Shown here one piece after another: positions 35,464 to 45,012 of a DNA stretch of 64,000 nucleotides. The notes under the pieces were generated by a model. That model made no database searches. It was not told where the DNA came from and was given only the letters and a program-made list of their open reading frames with translations. Numbering within the stretch: position 1 is the first letter of the stretch; each line of letters begins with the position of its first letter. The translations under genes and the position numbers were made by a program. This DNA comes from Patescibacteria group bacterium (GTDB lineage Bacteria > Patescibacteriota > Patescibacteriia > JAHIZJ01): contig JBAZLK010000001.1 in the NCBI GenBank assembly GCA_041650335.1, positions 36,940 through 100,939 on the forward strand, given 5' to 3'.

Positions 35464-37758
35464 TTATGCGATGGTATGCCACCCCGTCCAATCACCCTTG
35501 AGCGTCGCGTCCCAGCGATATTTAGGTTGGCCGTTGAGATACCACGTTTTTCCGCGTTGAATCACAATGCCGCTTGAAACATCCTTCCGTTTGAGTGAAG
35601 TAGTATAGGTCTGCAATGCTTCGGCCTTCGCCTTTGTATAGGTCGAGCCCTCACGGTCGTGCTCATCTTTCGTTTCAAAAATGCCTATCCGACCATCTTT
35701 GTATTGGACAATATAATCAGGATAGAACGTGTGAACCCCGTCAATATATTCGTATCTGACCCCGAAGAATTCCTTCGATCCTTCACCGTTCTTCCACCAC
35801 CATAAAACAGTTGATTGTTGATCAATATACTCTTCAAAGTGCCGCTCGGGATCAGAACGTTCTTTGTCTAACAGGCATTTATCATAAGCATACCGCTTAG
35901 CCATAAATGGCTCGACTGTATACTGGTTGAAGTATTGTGGCTCCGGAAGTTCATATGGATCTAAGCGCTCACTGGCTGCTGTGCGTTCCCGTACTTCGGC
36001 ATCCCGGACGTGCTTGTAGGCAGCGATGGCTTCAGTCAGAATGCGATCGAATATGGCTCGGTTCTTTGGATGCGTCACGATCTTTTGGACCATCAGCAGT
36101 TCCTCTTTCCAATCGGCGCTTCCGAACGCGTCTTTAAACCATAGGTAAATAGATGATTTGACCGCTGGTACTGATCGCTTGACGTTTGTGAATGATCCGA
36201 GTCGGTGACGGATAAATTCTTCAAACTCGGCTAGAACTTGATTCGATGATTTTTCTAATTGAACCGTTGCCGATGGATCAATTCGACCTACCAGTTCGTC
36301 AAAGGTTTTTGTTTTCAGGGTAGTATCAGCAATCAGCTCTTCTTGGATTGTTTTCAGATTCATGAGCATTTGCCTGCTTGCCGCAACGATGTTTTCACGT
36401 TTACTCTTGGCTAGTTTAAGGATGCGGTTGGCAGTTGCGGCAAAGACCGGCGTGAAACTTGACGCCACATCTCCGTAGTCAGCGCGGGAAATATAGAACG
36501 AGCGCAAACGGATCGGCTTATACGCCTTTATCCTATGAACCGGGATGTCGACGATGATATTCGGATTGTATTCTTCGTGTTTGATGGTGAAGTCTAGCTG
36601 GTTCGTGAAGACGTATCCTTTGTTGAGGATTTCATTTTCATAGTGCTTCTGTTCCGGCATTCGGAGAATTCGACCGACGGTCTGTATCTCGAATACTTCA
36701 TTACCAGGTTTGCGAAACTTCACGAGGATTTGTGCGCGGGGGCAGTCCCAGCCAGTATCGATTGCTTGCTTGAAAATAAGAAATTCAACTTCGTTCTCCG
36801 GATCGGCAATGTCGTCAATCGTCTCGGTCTTTTGTTCTGACAACCAAATAGCCAGTTTGCTCACCGGAACACCTTTACTCTTCAGGAATCCTAATGCAAA
36901 CTGTTTGACGTCTTCTCCAGCTTCAGAGGCCGGAATCTGAATCAGAACGAGTGGGTTAACGCTTGATCCGACTTCTCGATATGCTTTAGCGAGATCCTGA
37001 CGTTTCTTCCAAGCCACTTCGAGAACAAGTTGCTGTGAATCTTTGGCGGAACGGGAGAGAGATTCAAGGTTTTCGTTGATAACGATTTCCTTCTTAATAA
37101 TACCTTCACGGATAACATCATACGGATCGACTTCAACCCACTCTGCCTGATGACGGGACGTGTCGCTCGCAGTGACAGTTGTTTTAGGAGTGGCGCTGAC
37201 TTCAATAGCAACATCGGCTTGAATTAAATCACGCAACTCTGTTGTCCGTTCTGCCCCAGCACCAACATGGCTCTCGTCAATGACGAGGATCAGCGCCCGT
37301 TTCTTACGGGTTGCTTCGAGGACTTCAAGGAAGTTCACTTTTTCACCCTCACGCATGAGCGTGTTCTTCCATTCACCGGTAGCCCGATCTCGTGTCCGTA
37401 ATTTTTCCCAATTAGCTACCACAACTTCGTTACGGGCGATAATTGTTCGGCTTCCGCCGAATTCCTCTTCAATCAGGCTGACTTTCGGCGCACCGCCAAA
37501 ATACGACTCTAAGCTATGCTTGCTTTGCAGATGCAGATCGCCTTTGCCAATCGAGACCCAGAGATAACAGAAATCATCCTCGGGTAGCTGGCGGCTAATC
37601 TCCTGAATGGCTTTTGCCATCATTAATGTTTTACCGCTACCAGTTGGGGCTTTAAAAACGCATATCTCACCCCGTCCTTCATGTATAAGCAGGGATCGCA
37701 CCGCAGTGACGATTTCGTCGACCGCTTTTTGTTGGTAGTCCTTAAGTACCCAGTTCAT
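35464..37758 (-). CDS. res: Type III restriction enzyme Res subunit (SF2 helicase + endonuclease)
   Basis: APTGSGKT and LVIDESH motifs, plus a C-terminal FETKDE nuclease motif. It overlaps mod by 17 nt. Confidence 0.85.
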   Translation of the reverse strand: MNWVLKDYQQKAVDEIVTAVRSLLIHEGRGEICVFKAPTGSGKTLMMAKAIQEISRQLPEDDFCYLWVSIGKGDLHLQSKHSLESYFGGAPKVSLIEEEFGGSRTIIARNEVVVANWEKLRTRDRATGEWKNTLMREGEKVNFLEVLEATRKKRALILVIDESHVGAGAERTTELRDLIQADVAIEVSATPKTTVTASDTSRHQAEWVEVDPYDVIREGIIKKEIVINENLESLSRSAKDSQQLVLEVAWKKRQDLAKAYREVGSSVNPLVLIQIPASEAGEDVKQFALGFLKSKGVPVSKLAIWLSEQKTETIDDIADPENEVEFLIFKQAIDTGWDCPRAQILVKFRKPGNEVFEIQTVGRILRMPEQKHYENEILNKGYVFTNQLDFTIKHEEYNPNIIVDIPVHRIKAYKPIRLRSFYISRADYGDVASSFTPVFAATANRILKLAKSKRENIVAASRQMLMNLKTIQEELIADTTLKTKTFDELVGRIDPSATVQLEKSSNQVLAEFEEFIRHRLGSFTNVKRSVPAVKSSIYLWFKDAFGSADWKEELLMVQKIVTHPKNRAIFDRILTEAIAAYKHVRDAEVRERTAASERLDPYELPEPQYFNQYTVEPFMAKRYAYDKCLLDKERSDPERHFEEYIDQQSTVLWWWKNGEGSKEFFGVRYEYIDGVHTFYPDYIVQYKDGRIGIFETKDEHDREGSTYTKAKAEALQTYTTSLKRKDVSSGIVIQRGKTWYLNGQPKYRWDATLKGDWTGWHTIA

Positions 37759-39475
37759 GGATTTCTTGGTAGATATCTAAAATAGGCTGTGGAATCGGCT
37801 CAAGACGAATATTTTGCCAGTAGTCGAATTCGTGCTGATCAAGACCAAGCGGATCAAGGGTGAAGCAGTAGAGGATCTTGTCACCCGTGAAGCGGTCGAA
37901 TTCTTTCTTCAAAGCAGATAAACCTGATCGGTCGAGCGCGTAATACACGCCCATAATACGTTGACCTTGGGTAAATGTCCGAAACTGCGTCGTCTCCTTC
38001 TTCAGGTCGTAGATACCTTCGCGGACGCTGAGCATTTCCGTACACTCGTTTGTAATGCGAACCTTGATCTCGTCACGGTTAATTGATTTCTTCACGAATG
38101 CAGTTTTGAAATAGCGTAGGTTACCGCCGAAACCGGCCACCTTTTCGCCATTGCCATTCTTTTTATATCCCTTTATTACTTTTTCAATGCGTGGATAGCA
38201 AATGTCCGTTGCTATATTATTTTCGTTATTGGTAGAAAGAATAAATTGGCGGTTACCACCATCTTTTTTATTCAACTGTAGAACGGCGTGGCCGGTCGTA
38301 CCCGAACCTGCAAAAAAGTCTAAAACCACAGCATTTTTATTGCCATTTGCTGCCGCAGTTATACAATCAATTACTGCATATAGAGATTTTGGATATGCAA
38401 AGGAACCTCGCTCAATAATTTGGTTAAGTAATTGCGTGCCGTAGTTATTGGCTGAGTATTTGCTATCTGTCCAGACGGTTTTGTAATTGAACCGGTTCTT
38501 GGTGCGTTTGATATCCCAGACACCCCTTCTTTTTAAAAGAATAGCCTGTAGCTCGTCCCTTATGCTCTCAACAGTATGTCGGGCGAAACGCCACTTCCTC
38601 TCAATTCCCTGTGGATCAATTGGATACACTTCGATAACGCCGTCCCTTCTTTTAAGATTTACTGACCTCGGGTGATAACTATCCTTACAAACTTCACCGA
38701 AGCCAACGATTTTACCGTTCTTCACAAGTACGGGGTAGAAACAATTTGCGCCGGCGGTTCTTAATGACTCATCACCTGTTACATCCCTAAAATTACGAAT
38801 GTCTTCGTTGTCTACTTCACGTGTTTGAAGCCCGATATATCGACCTGGTTTTGGATAAATAAAGTAAGCGAATTCGTGAGTATAAGAGAAATTATCCCCC
38901 TGTATGCCCGCAGGATTGTGTACGATTGTTATGCAGGTTATTTCTCGATCAGCAAACAGTTCTTTTAACAACAACCCGAGTGGTTCTTGTTCATTATGAT
39001 CAATTGTACAAATAAGGACGCCTTTTTCAGAAAGCAAGTTCTTTGCTAATCTAAGTCGCTTGCTCATGAAGCTTAGCCACTTGCTATGTCGCCAAGTATC
39101 ATTGTCGTCAACAAAGTTATTGTTGTATTTCCAATCCCGAGAACCAGTATTGTATGGCGGATCAATATAAATCACATCAACTTTCCTTTGGTGTGTATAC
39201 TGCAAAACCGACAACGCGTGGTAGTTGTCGCCTTCGATCAGTAAGTTGACTGGTTTCTCTGGATCGGTTTCGATCGCCCGACCTTTTACTTCTTTGAGAA
39301 CCGGGTAGGCGTTCTCGGCGTCCTGCTCGAATTTTTCTTTTGTGCGCTCTTCATCCCAAATAAGTCCGTACTTTTTTCGGGACTCAAGTTTCTCTATAGT
39401 CTTGAGTAATTCTTCCTTGCTGAGTTTTGAGTAATCCTTTGCCACAAATTTTGTTAATGAGATAACTTTCGGCAA
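37742..39475 (-). CDS. mod: Type III restriction-modification Mod subunit (N6-adenine methyltransferase)
   Basis: Motif IV DVIYIDPPYNTG lies upstream of motif I DFFAGSGTTGHAV. Confidence 0.85.
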   Translation of the reverse strand: MPKVISLTKFVAKDYSKLSKEELLKTIEKLESRKKYGLIWDEERTKEKFEQDAENAYPVLKEVKGRAIETDPEKPVNLLIEGDNYHALSVLQYTHQRKVDVIYIDPPYNTGSRDWKYNNNFVDDNDTWRHSKWLSFMSKRLRLAKNLLSEKGVLICTIDHNEQEPLGLLLKELFADREITCITIVHNPAGIQGDNFSYTHEFAYFIYPKPGRYIGLQTREVDNEDIRNFRDVTGDESLRTAGANCFYPVLVKNGKIVGFGEVCKDSYHPRSVNLKRRDGVIEVYPIDPQGIERKWRFARHTVESIRDELQAILLKRRGVWDIKRTKNRFNYKTVWTDSKYSANNYGTQLLNQIIERGSFAYPKSLYAVIDCITAAANGNKNAVVLDFFAGSGTTGHAVLQLNKKDGGNRQFILSTNNENNIATDICYPRIEKVIKGYKKNGNGEKVAGFGGNLRYFKTAFVKKSINRDEIKVRITNECTEMLSVREGIYDLKKETTQFRTFTQGQRIMGVYYALDRSGLSALKKEFDRFTGDKILYCFTLDPLGLDQHEFDYWQNIRLEPIPQPILDIYQEIHELGT

Positions 39476-39561
39476 ACACCCGAAGTATAGTTGATTTTGG
39501 CTGAGGAATCAAGAAAAAGACCTTCTTTTTCAATTGTTGAGTCAGTGTTTTCCCGATCTAC

Positions 39562-41925
39562 TTATTTGTCTAATTCGTAAACATATACTGAATTATCAGC
39601 AAGCTCACGAAAAGTGAAAGGGTATTGGTGTGGTAGTACAAAGTTTTGTCTCGTTTTTTTATAATCTATGTACTCATCCCACCAAGGTTCAAGTTCATGT
39701 GCCGTAAGAAGAATGGGTTTTATCCCTTTTTTAACAAGTTTTTTAAAGCGGTTAATTTCACCACTGGTAAACGCTTTCTTGGTTGTCGAAAATACAAGAT
39801 GGCAAGTTAATCCGCTATTTTGTAATAACCCTCTTGTGGTCAGTAGATTATCTATCTTTTTTGCAGTAATTTGATGACCAGTTTTGCATTCGCCAATCAA
39901 TACCTCATTATCATCTTTGCCTAATCTTTGGCTTAAATTTAGAATCGTTAAATCGGACTCAAAAGCCTCCTTTTTCCCATTGCTTGTCAGAGATAAGTCA
40001 AGCCCCGTGGAATAAAGAAAGTCATTCCCCGAATGCATTTTGTTTGTGAGAAACTGTAAAGTCAGGATTACGGGTATTGCACCTTGTTGCTTGTCACTTT
40101 TACCCATTAGCCCGCTAAGTCGATAGTGTAGTCGCAAGCCATCAACTTGTTTCCCATCGATTTTGATTGGATCAATAACCTCGACAAACTTACTAATCTC
40201 CGAACAATAATCACATAGATATCTATCACTTACATCCTTAAGATTTAGCCAATTTTTTAAGCCGCACTTAGGGCAACGAACCTCAACACCAACTTGAAGT
40301 AAATTGTGTTCAACCATCTCATCAAACACATCACTAGGCGTAATGGGCGTTTTTCCTTTTAGGCCAAATGCGTTCTCGAATTTTTTGAAGGTCTCTTCGT
40401 TTTCATTCTTATCTCGAATAGCTTTCAATACCTCATACTTTAGTTTTTGATGTAAAGGATGCGTCTCCTCAATAAATTTTCTTACACCGGTGATTTTGAA
40501 GATTCGAGCAGACCCCATTAATCCTTGCATTAACGAAACGACCCTCTCAGCAACTAAACCTGGTACACTTTTACTCGCAATAATTGATGCTCGTTCGAAA
40601 ACCTTTGTAATGATGTCATTCTTTGAAATTAGACCAATCCGTATCGTGTCGTCATCAATGTCTGTGATTAGGCTAACAGAAGTGCCTAAGGCCCCCCTTG
40701 TGACCCTTAAACCATGTGGGTCAAAAATTGTTTCTCTCGCATACCATTCGTTGAGGTCAGGAAGAGTAGGTAGGCTGAGAGTAAAACCATCGTCCTCCGT
40801 GCTCATTGGAGGATGCACTGATACCCCAAAACACTGATGTAAAAATCTACTATTATCGTGTTTTGCGAAAGGTTTATCTGATAATTGAATATTTAAACTT
40901 GGTTTTCCATATCTTTGGTTTAAGCCCGCAATAGTGGTAGTAGAACTAAGAATGTTATATCCGGGGACAATGTTTAATCCATTCCAAGAGATAGTGGAGA
41001 CTTGGGCGTATGCGAATGGTTTATCTTTGGCGGCAATCAAGTCGGCAATAGTTTTTACTTCTGACTCATTCTGTTTGCTGCCTGAATACCAAATAAGAAA
41101 TGAATGACGGTATCCAGTCGTTGGTTTCTTGATTCTACTCAAATGCTCCTTAATATATGGGAGGAAACGTCTAACATTTGATTTCGGAAGAAAAGTTATG
41201 TAACTGCCGGCTGCGCGTATATTCCAAAAATTTAATAGGTCTATAAAGCTTTTACTATCGCCAATATAAACACCCGCATCATGCCTATTTCCACCATATG
41301 AACGTATTTCCTGTTCAGTAAGCGCGAGCGGAGTAACGGTTGATGCGAGTTTTTTTGGGACTGGTCGACGACCGGTCAGTGTAATTTCTTTTGCCTTAAG
41401 TGCTTTTTGAAAATTATGATGGTATTTATACGCTAATTGCTTCTTTGGATACTCACCAAAAAGTAACGGTAAAAGATCTTTGTCAGCATCTTTATTGGAC
41501 CAAGATATTAATGTGCAATTACTATCATCAGTTTTTGAAAATTTAAAATTCGTGTCCCACATCTTTCTGAGAATATGACTGACATCCAGAACATTCACAT
41601 GCTTTTTCTTTCGATTCATGGAGTCTTCGGATAAAAGCAGTTCTGAGTTGTAAGAGGACGGAAGTCTTGCCCAAGAGTATTTTTCTAAGAATTTATTTAT
41701 TTCCGGTGTTTTGGAGATCGGTATTAATGCGTCGACTTGAAATAATTTTACTAGCGCGTGATCAAGACCCTCTTTTGATCCCACGGGAATAAGTGGGTTG
41801 TAAATACCGCCCCACAAAATGGTATTAAGCTTAACGGCCGTTGCTATATCTTGTTTATGACCATCACGAACACAAAACCCGAGTCTTAGTGGTCGATATT
41901 CAATCCTAACATCATCAAAAGTCAT
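39562..41925 (-). CDS. large hypothetical protein (787 aa): unassigned N-terminal ~550 aa, CxxC-X17-CxxC zinc ribbon, C-terminal PD-(D/E)xK-like motif
   Basis: CPKCGLKNWLNLKDVSDRYLCDYC zinc ribbon, then ESDLTIL...VLIGECKTG. The gene is AT-rich and has no SD. Confidence 0.55.
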   Translation of the reverse strand: MTFDDVRIEYRPLRLGFCVRDGHKQDIATAVKLNTILWGGIYNPLIPVGSKEGLDHALVKLFQVDALIPISKTPEINKFLEKYSWARLPSSYNSELLLSEDSMNRKKKHVNVLDVSHILRKMWDTNFKFSKTDDSNCTLISWSNKDADKDLLPLLFGEYPKKQLAYKYHHNFQKALKAKEITLTGRRPVPKKLASTVTPLALTEQEIRSYGGNRHDAGVYIGDSKSFIDLLNFWNIRAAGSYITFLPKSNVRRFLPYIKEHLSRIKKPTTGYRHSFLIWYSGSKQNESEVKTIADLIAAKDKPFAYAQVSTISWNGLNIVPGYNILSSTTTIAGLNQRYGKPSLNIQLSDKPFAKHDNSRFLHQCFGVSVHPPMSTEDDGFTLSLPTLPDLNEWYARETIFDPHGLRVTRGALGTSVSLITDIDDDTIRIGLISKNDIITKVFERASIIASKSVPGLVAERVVSLMQGLMGSARIFKITGVRKFIEETHPLHQKLKYEVLKAIRDKNENEETFKKFENAFGLKGKTPITPSDVFDEMVEHNLLQVGVEVRCPKCGLKNWLNLKDVSDRYLCDYCSEISKFVEVIDPIKIDGKQVDGLRLHYRLSGLMGKSDKQQGAIPVILTLQFLTNKMHSGNDFLYSTGLDLSLTSNGKKEAFESDLTILNLSQRLGKDDNEVLIGECKTGHQITAKKIDNLLTTRGLLQNSGLTCHLVFSTTKKAFTSGEINRFKKLVKKGIKPILLTAHELEPWWDEYIDYKKTRQNFVLPHQYPFTFRELADNSVYVYELDK

Positions 41926-41937
41926 AAAGGATATAGG

Positions 41938-42405
41938 TCACGAACACTTTATTATTCCATATAATCGAATTACTGCCTCATAAATCACCGTAAAAACCCC
42001 AGCAAAGATCGTTGCCCATACAATGATGATAAAAATACTATATCGATACTTAACCAATGATTTACATTCCAGATCGTGGATAACCTCACCCATCATCAGT
42101 CCATCAAGAGTAATTTCAATTCCGCCATCTACTTGTCGAGCAAACTTTTTCACTCGCAAATTACCCATTGCTGGATTAAGATTATTTAAATAATCAAGAT
42201 CGCTTGTTTTGAGAATGTTTATTTTGATGTATTCGCCGTTTAGGGGCGACTCAAGATGGTGATGGTTATCGACCGTCCACTTTAGTATTTGTTTCTCAAT
42301 TTCCCAAACTTGACGTCGTGTTTGATGAGTTTTCTTCTCTGAAAATTCATACTCTTGATAGAGTTCTAGCTTTCTAAAAAACTTTATTTGAATTGGTAGC
42401 TCCAT
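41938..42405 (-). CDS. small protein with C-terminal TM helix
   Basis: 155 aa with the C-terminal TM segment YSIFIIIVWATIFAGVFTVIY. It lies 12 nt upstream of the 787-aa gene. Confidence 0.45.
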   Translation of the reverse strand: MELPIQIKFFRKLELYQEYEFSEKKTHQTRRQVWEIEKQILKWTVDNHHHLESPLNGEYIKINILKTSDLDYLNNLNPAMGNLRVKKFARQVDGGIEITLDGLMMGEVIHDLECKSLVKYRYSIFIIIVWATIFAGVFTVIYEAVIRLYGIIKCS

Positions 42406-42423
42406 ATTCTAAATCATCAATAT

Positions 42424-42957
42424 TCAGTTGTTCTCTGCGACATGGACACGAAACCCACAGGTTCGACAAAGTCCGTTTGTGCTTGTAGCATTTTTGTTAT
42501 ACTCAAATCTAGCTGAGCCGCAATCTGTACACGTGGTAACGCCGTATCTCTCCTTTAGGCCTTTAATTATTGCGGCAACACTTTTACAATTTCGCGCATA
42601 TCGATCAACCATTTCTTTGTTACCCAAATACCCCTGAACCCATATATCTGTAGTAATCATACCCGCAGCAGCTTCTTTATATAGAATTTTTCCTTCCTTT
42701 AGAAGCTTTTCCCAATACTGTCTCGTGAAGCCATAATCATTTGAGAGGTCGGAGGATGTCATAAATCGGGCTTCTGGGCTTAGATATCCTTTGTCTCGCA
42801 TCAACTTAACCGACTCCGCTATTCCGTCTGCCAATTCTTTTTCTTTCTCATCCGTCGTGACTTCAGCAGGCATAGTAAGCATTAAAGATAAATTGCCACC
42901 GCTATTTATACCGGCGTGCCAAGAGTATTTACGTGTCTGAGTTCGTGTTTTAAGCAT
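42424..42957 (-). CDS. hypothetical protein with C-terminal zinc ribbon
   Basis: C-terminal CTDCGS...CRTCG zinc ribbon. First gene of the 3-gene module. Confidence 0.45.
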   Translation of the reverse strand: MLKTRTQTRKYSWHAGINSGGNLSLMLTMPAEVTTDEKEKELADGIAESVKLMRDKGYLSPEARFMTSSDLSNDYGFTRQYWEKLLKEGKILYKEAAAGMITTDIWVQGYLGNKEMVDRYARNCKSVAAIIKGLKERYGVTTCTDCGSARFEYNKNATSTNGLCRTCGFRVHVAENN

Positions 42958-43135
42958 AAAACAAGGATATCATTATTGGTTGCATTACGCAACCACCCAA
43001 ATAAACACAAAGATCAGATTGCATAAAGATATGGCTCGAAAGAATCATTGAGCGGTTTTTCAAGGCGTTTCAGGAAAAAGTTATCAACTCCACCCACTCT
43101 GGACGCCCCGCAGGGGTTGCGTCATCCCTTAGAGC

Positions 43136-44467
43136 ATGAATAACCATACCCAACAGGGAGAGGCCGACCAGGGGCAGGTTCTGGCCCCTCCCCCAATCAA
43201 GTATTGCCTCTATGCCCGCAAGAGTTCGGAGTCCGAGGAGAGACAAGTTCTGTCGATCGACTCCCAGATTAAAGAGATGCTTCAGATCGCCGACCGAGAG
43301 AAGCTCAATATCGTCGAGATGCGCCGGGAGAGCCATTCCGCCAAGGACACAGGCCAGCGTCCGGTATTCAACGAACTGATCAGTGATATCCGCCTGGGAA
43401 AGTTCAACGGTATCCTGACTTGGGCGCCGGACCGGCTCTCGCGTAACGCCGGTGACCTCGGCATGTTAGTCGACCTGATGGATCAAAAACTACTTCATGA
43501 AATTCGCACGTACGGACAGGTCTTTTCGAACTCGCCAAATGAGAAGTTTCTCTTGATGATTCTCGGTAGCCAAGCAAAGCTCGAAAACGACAACCGGGGC
43601 GTCAATGTGAAACGTGGATTGCGAACCCGTGTCGAAATGGGTCTCTGGCCGAACATGGCACCAATCGGGTATTTGAATCAAAACCGGCAGGATAAAAAGG
43701 GGCAATTACTCGTCGATCGGGTGCGAGCGCCGATCATCAAGCAAATGTTCGAGCGAGTCGCCTACGAACATCAAAGCGGCAGGAAAATCTACAATTGGCT
43801 GCGTCACGATCTGAATTTTCATACGCGGGGAAACAAACATCTCACCTTAAGTGGCGTCTACCGGATCCTGACCACCACGTTCTACTACGGCATGTATGAA
43901 TACCCGAGAGACAGCGGTAATTGGTACAAAGGCAAGCATGAGCCGATCATCACGCAGGAACTTTTCGATAAAGCCACGGAACAGCTTAAACGCGATCAGA
44001 TCGTTCGGGAAAACAAGGAATTCGCCTTTACCAAGTTGTTTACCTGCGGCAAGTGCGGTTCCGGCATCAGCGCTGAGGAGAAATATAAGGAGCATAAAGA
44101 CGGAACGGCCGCTCGGTACGTCTACTACGGCTGCACCAGAGCGCGTGATCGTGATTGCCGGAATACGTACATCCGGGAGGAAGAGCTTATCCAGCAGCTT
44201 CTCGGCATTCTCGATCAGGTGAACGTCAACGAGTTGGGCATGCGGTACAAGCTGGAAGAGGAAATCAAGCGGTTCAACAAATTCCAACACGTAGTCATGG
44301 GCACGAAAGCCGATAGCATATCGGAGGAAACCGAAGTGAACATTCGAAAGTACGCCAAATACCTCTTGAAAGAGGGAAGCGTTACCGAGAAACGCGAATT
44401 GTTGGCGAACCTGCGGAGCCGGTTGATCTACAAAGATAAGACGCTGACTTTAGTACGGGAAGGGTAA
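43136..44467 (+). CDS. large serine recombinase (integrase)
   Basis: Resolvase catalytic region YARKSSESEERQVLSIDSQ, a recombinase domain and a CGKCGS...YYGC zinc ribbon. Confidence 0.85.
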   Translation: MNNHTQQGEADQGQVLAPPPIKYCLYARKSSESEERQVLSIDSQIKEMLQIADREKLNIVEMRRESHSAKDTGQRPVFNELISDIRLGKFNGILTWAPDRLSRNAGDLGMLVDLMDQKLLHEIRTYGQVFSNSPNEKFLLMILGSQAKLENDNRGVNVKRGLRTRVEMGLWPNMAPIGYLNQNRQDKKGQLLVDRVRAPIIKQMFERVAYEHQSGRKIYNWLRHDLNFHTRGNKHLTLSGVYRILTTTFYYGMYEYPRDSGNWYKGKHEPIITQELFDKATEQLKRDQIVRENKEFAFTKLFTCGKCGSGISAEEKYKEHKDGTAARYVYYGCTRARDRDCRNTYIREEELIQQLLGILDQVNVNELGMRYKLEEEIKRFNKFQHVVMGTKADSISEETEVNIRKYAKYLLKEGSVTEKRELLANLRSRLIYKDKTLTLVREG

Positions 44468-44584
44468 AGGATTTCTAATCGTAGCAACCCCCCGCCGGGT
44501 TCTCCGGCAGGGGGTTGGGGTATTGCCAACACAAGCTTCTATTCTTTTTGAGCCACGTGGGTCGGCTCCGATAAAAGATTGTGT

Positions 44585-44674
44585 TGGCGGAGAGTGCAGG
44601 ATTCGAACCTGCGAGGGACCTTACGGTCCCATGGTTTAGCAAACCATTGCCTTAAGCCACTCGGCCAACTCTCC
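44585..44674 (-). tRNA. tRNA-Ser: tRNA-Ser (anticodon GCT), long variable arm
   Basis: The reverse complement is GGAGAGTTGGCCGAGTGG...ATGGT-TTGCTAA-ACCAT...GGTTCGAATCCTGCACTCTCCGCCA. Confidence 0.85.
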
Positions 44675-44677
44675 GTG

Positions 44678-44923
44678 TTAGTTGTTGTCAAATTTCTTCT
44701 TTAGAAGCTCCTTTTGCTGACCAGTCTTTAAGAACATTTCTCTTCGGTATGCCTCGCTTCGTGTGTTATATGTCTCATATCCTACCAATTCCCAGGGGCG
44801 GTTAGATTTAGTCGATCGAACAAGACCCAGATTGTGTCTTTTGTATCTAACCGTTAAATCTTTGCATGAGCCGATATAAAGGTCGCCATTGACTCTGCTT
44901 TTTAAGAAGTATATGTAGAACAT
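44678..44923 (-). CDS. GIY-YIG nuclease-family protein
   Basis: YIYFLKS..GDLYIGSCKDLTVRYKRHN motif. The stop lies only 3 nt from the tRNA-Ser 5' end. Confidence 0.75.
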   Translation of the reverse strand: MFYIYFLKSRVNGDLYIGSCKDLTVRYKRHNLGLVRSTKSNRPWELVGYETYNTRSEAYRREMFLKTGQQKELLKKKFDNN

Positions 44924-45012
44924 ACGATGATATCTAGGGTTGTGAAAAAGCTACTTTACCTCGGTCTTCCTTCGGGAGATCCCCCGTAGGGGGACCAACT
45001 CTCCGTATCATA

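Larger units (their letters stand above)
27507..44584. mobile_element. mosaic integrated island (phage packaging module + defence array + serine integrase) abutting the 3' end of tRNA-Ser(GCU)
   Basis: Integrase at 43136..44467 lies next to the tRNA 3' end at 44585. TerS/TerL and a ParB-methyltransferase are present. GC is strongly heterogeneous, with AT-rich defence genes and GC-rich terminase genes. The left boundary is not resolved. Confidence 0.45.
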
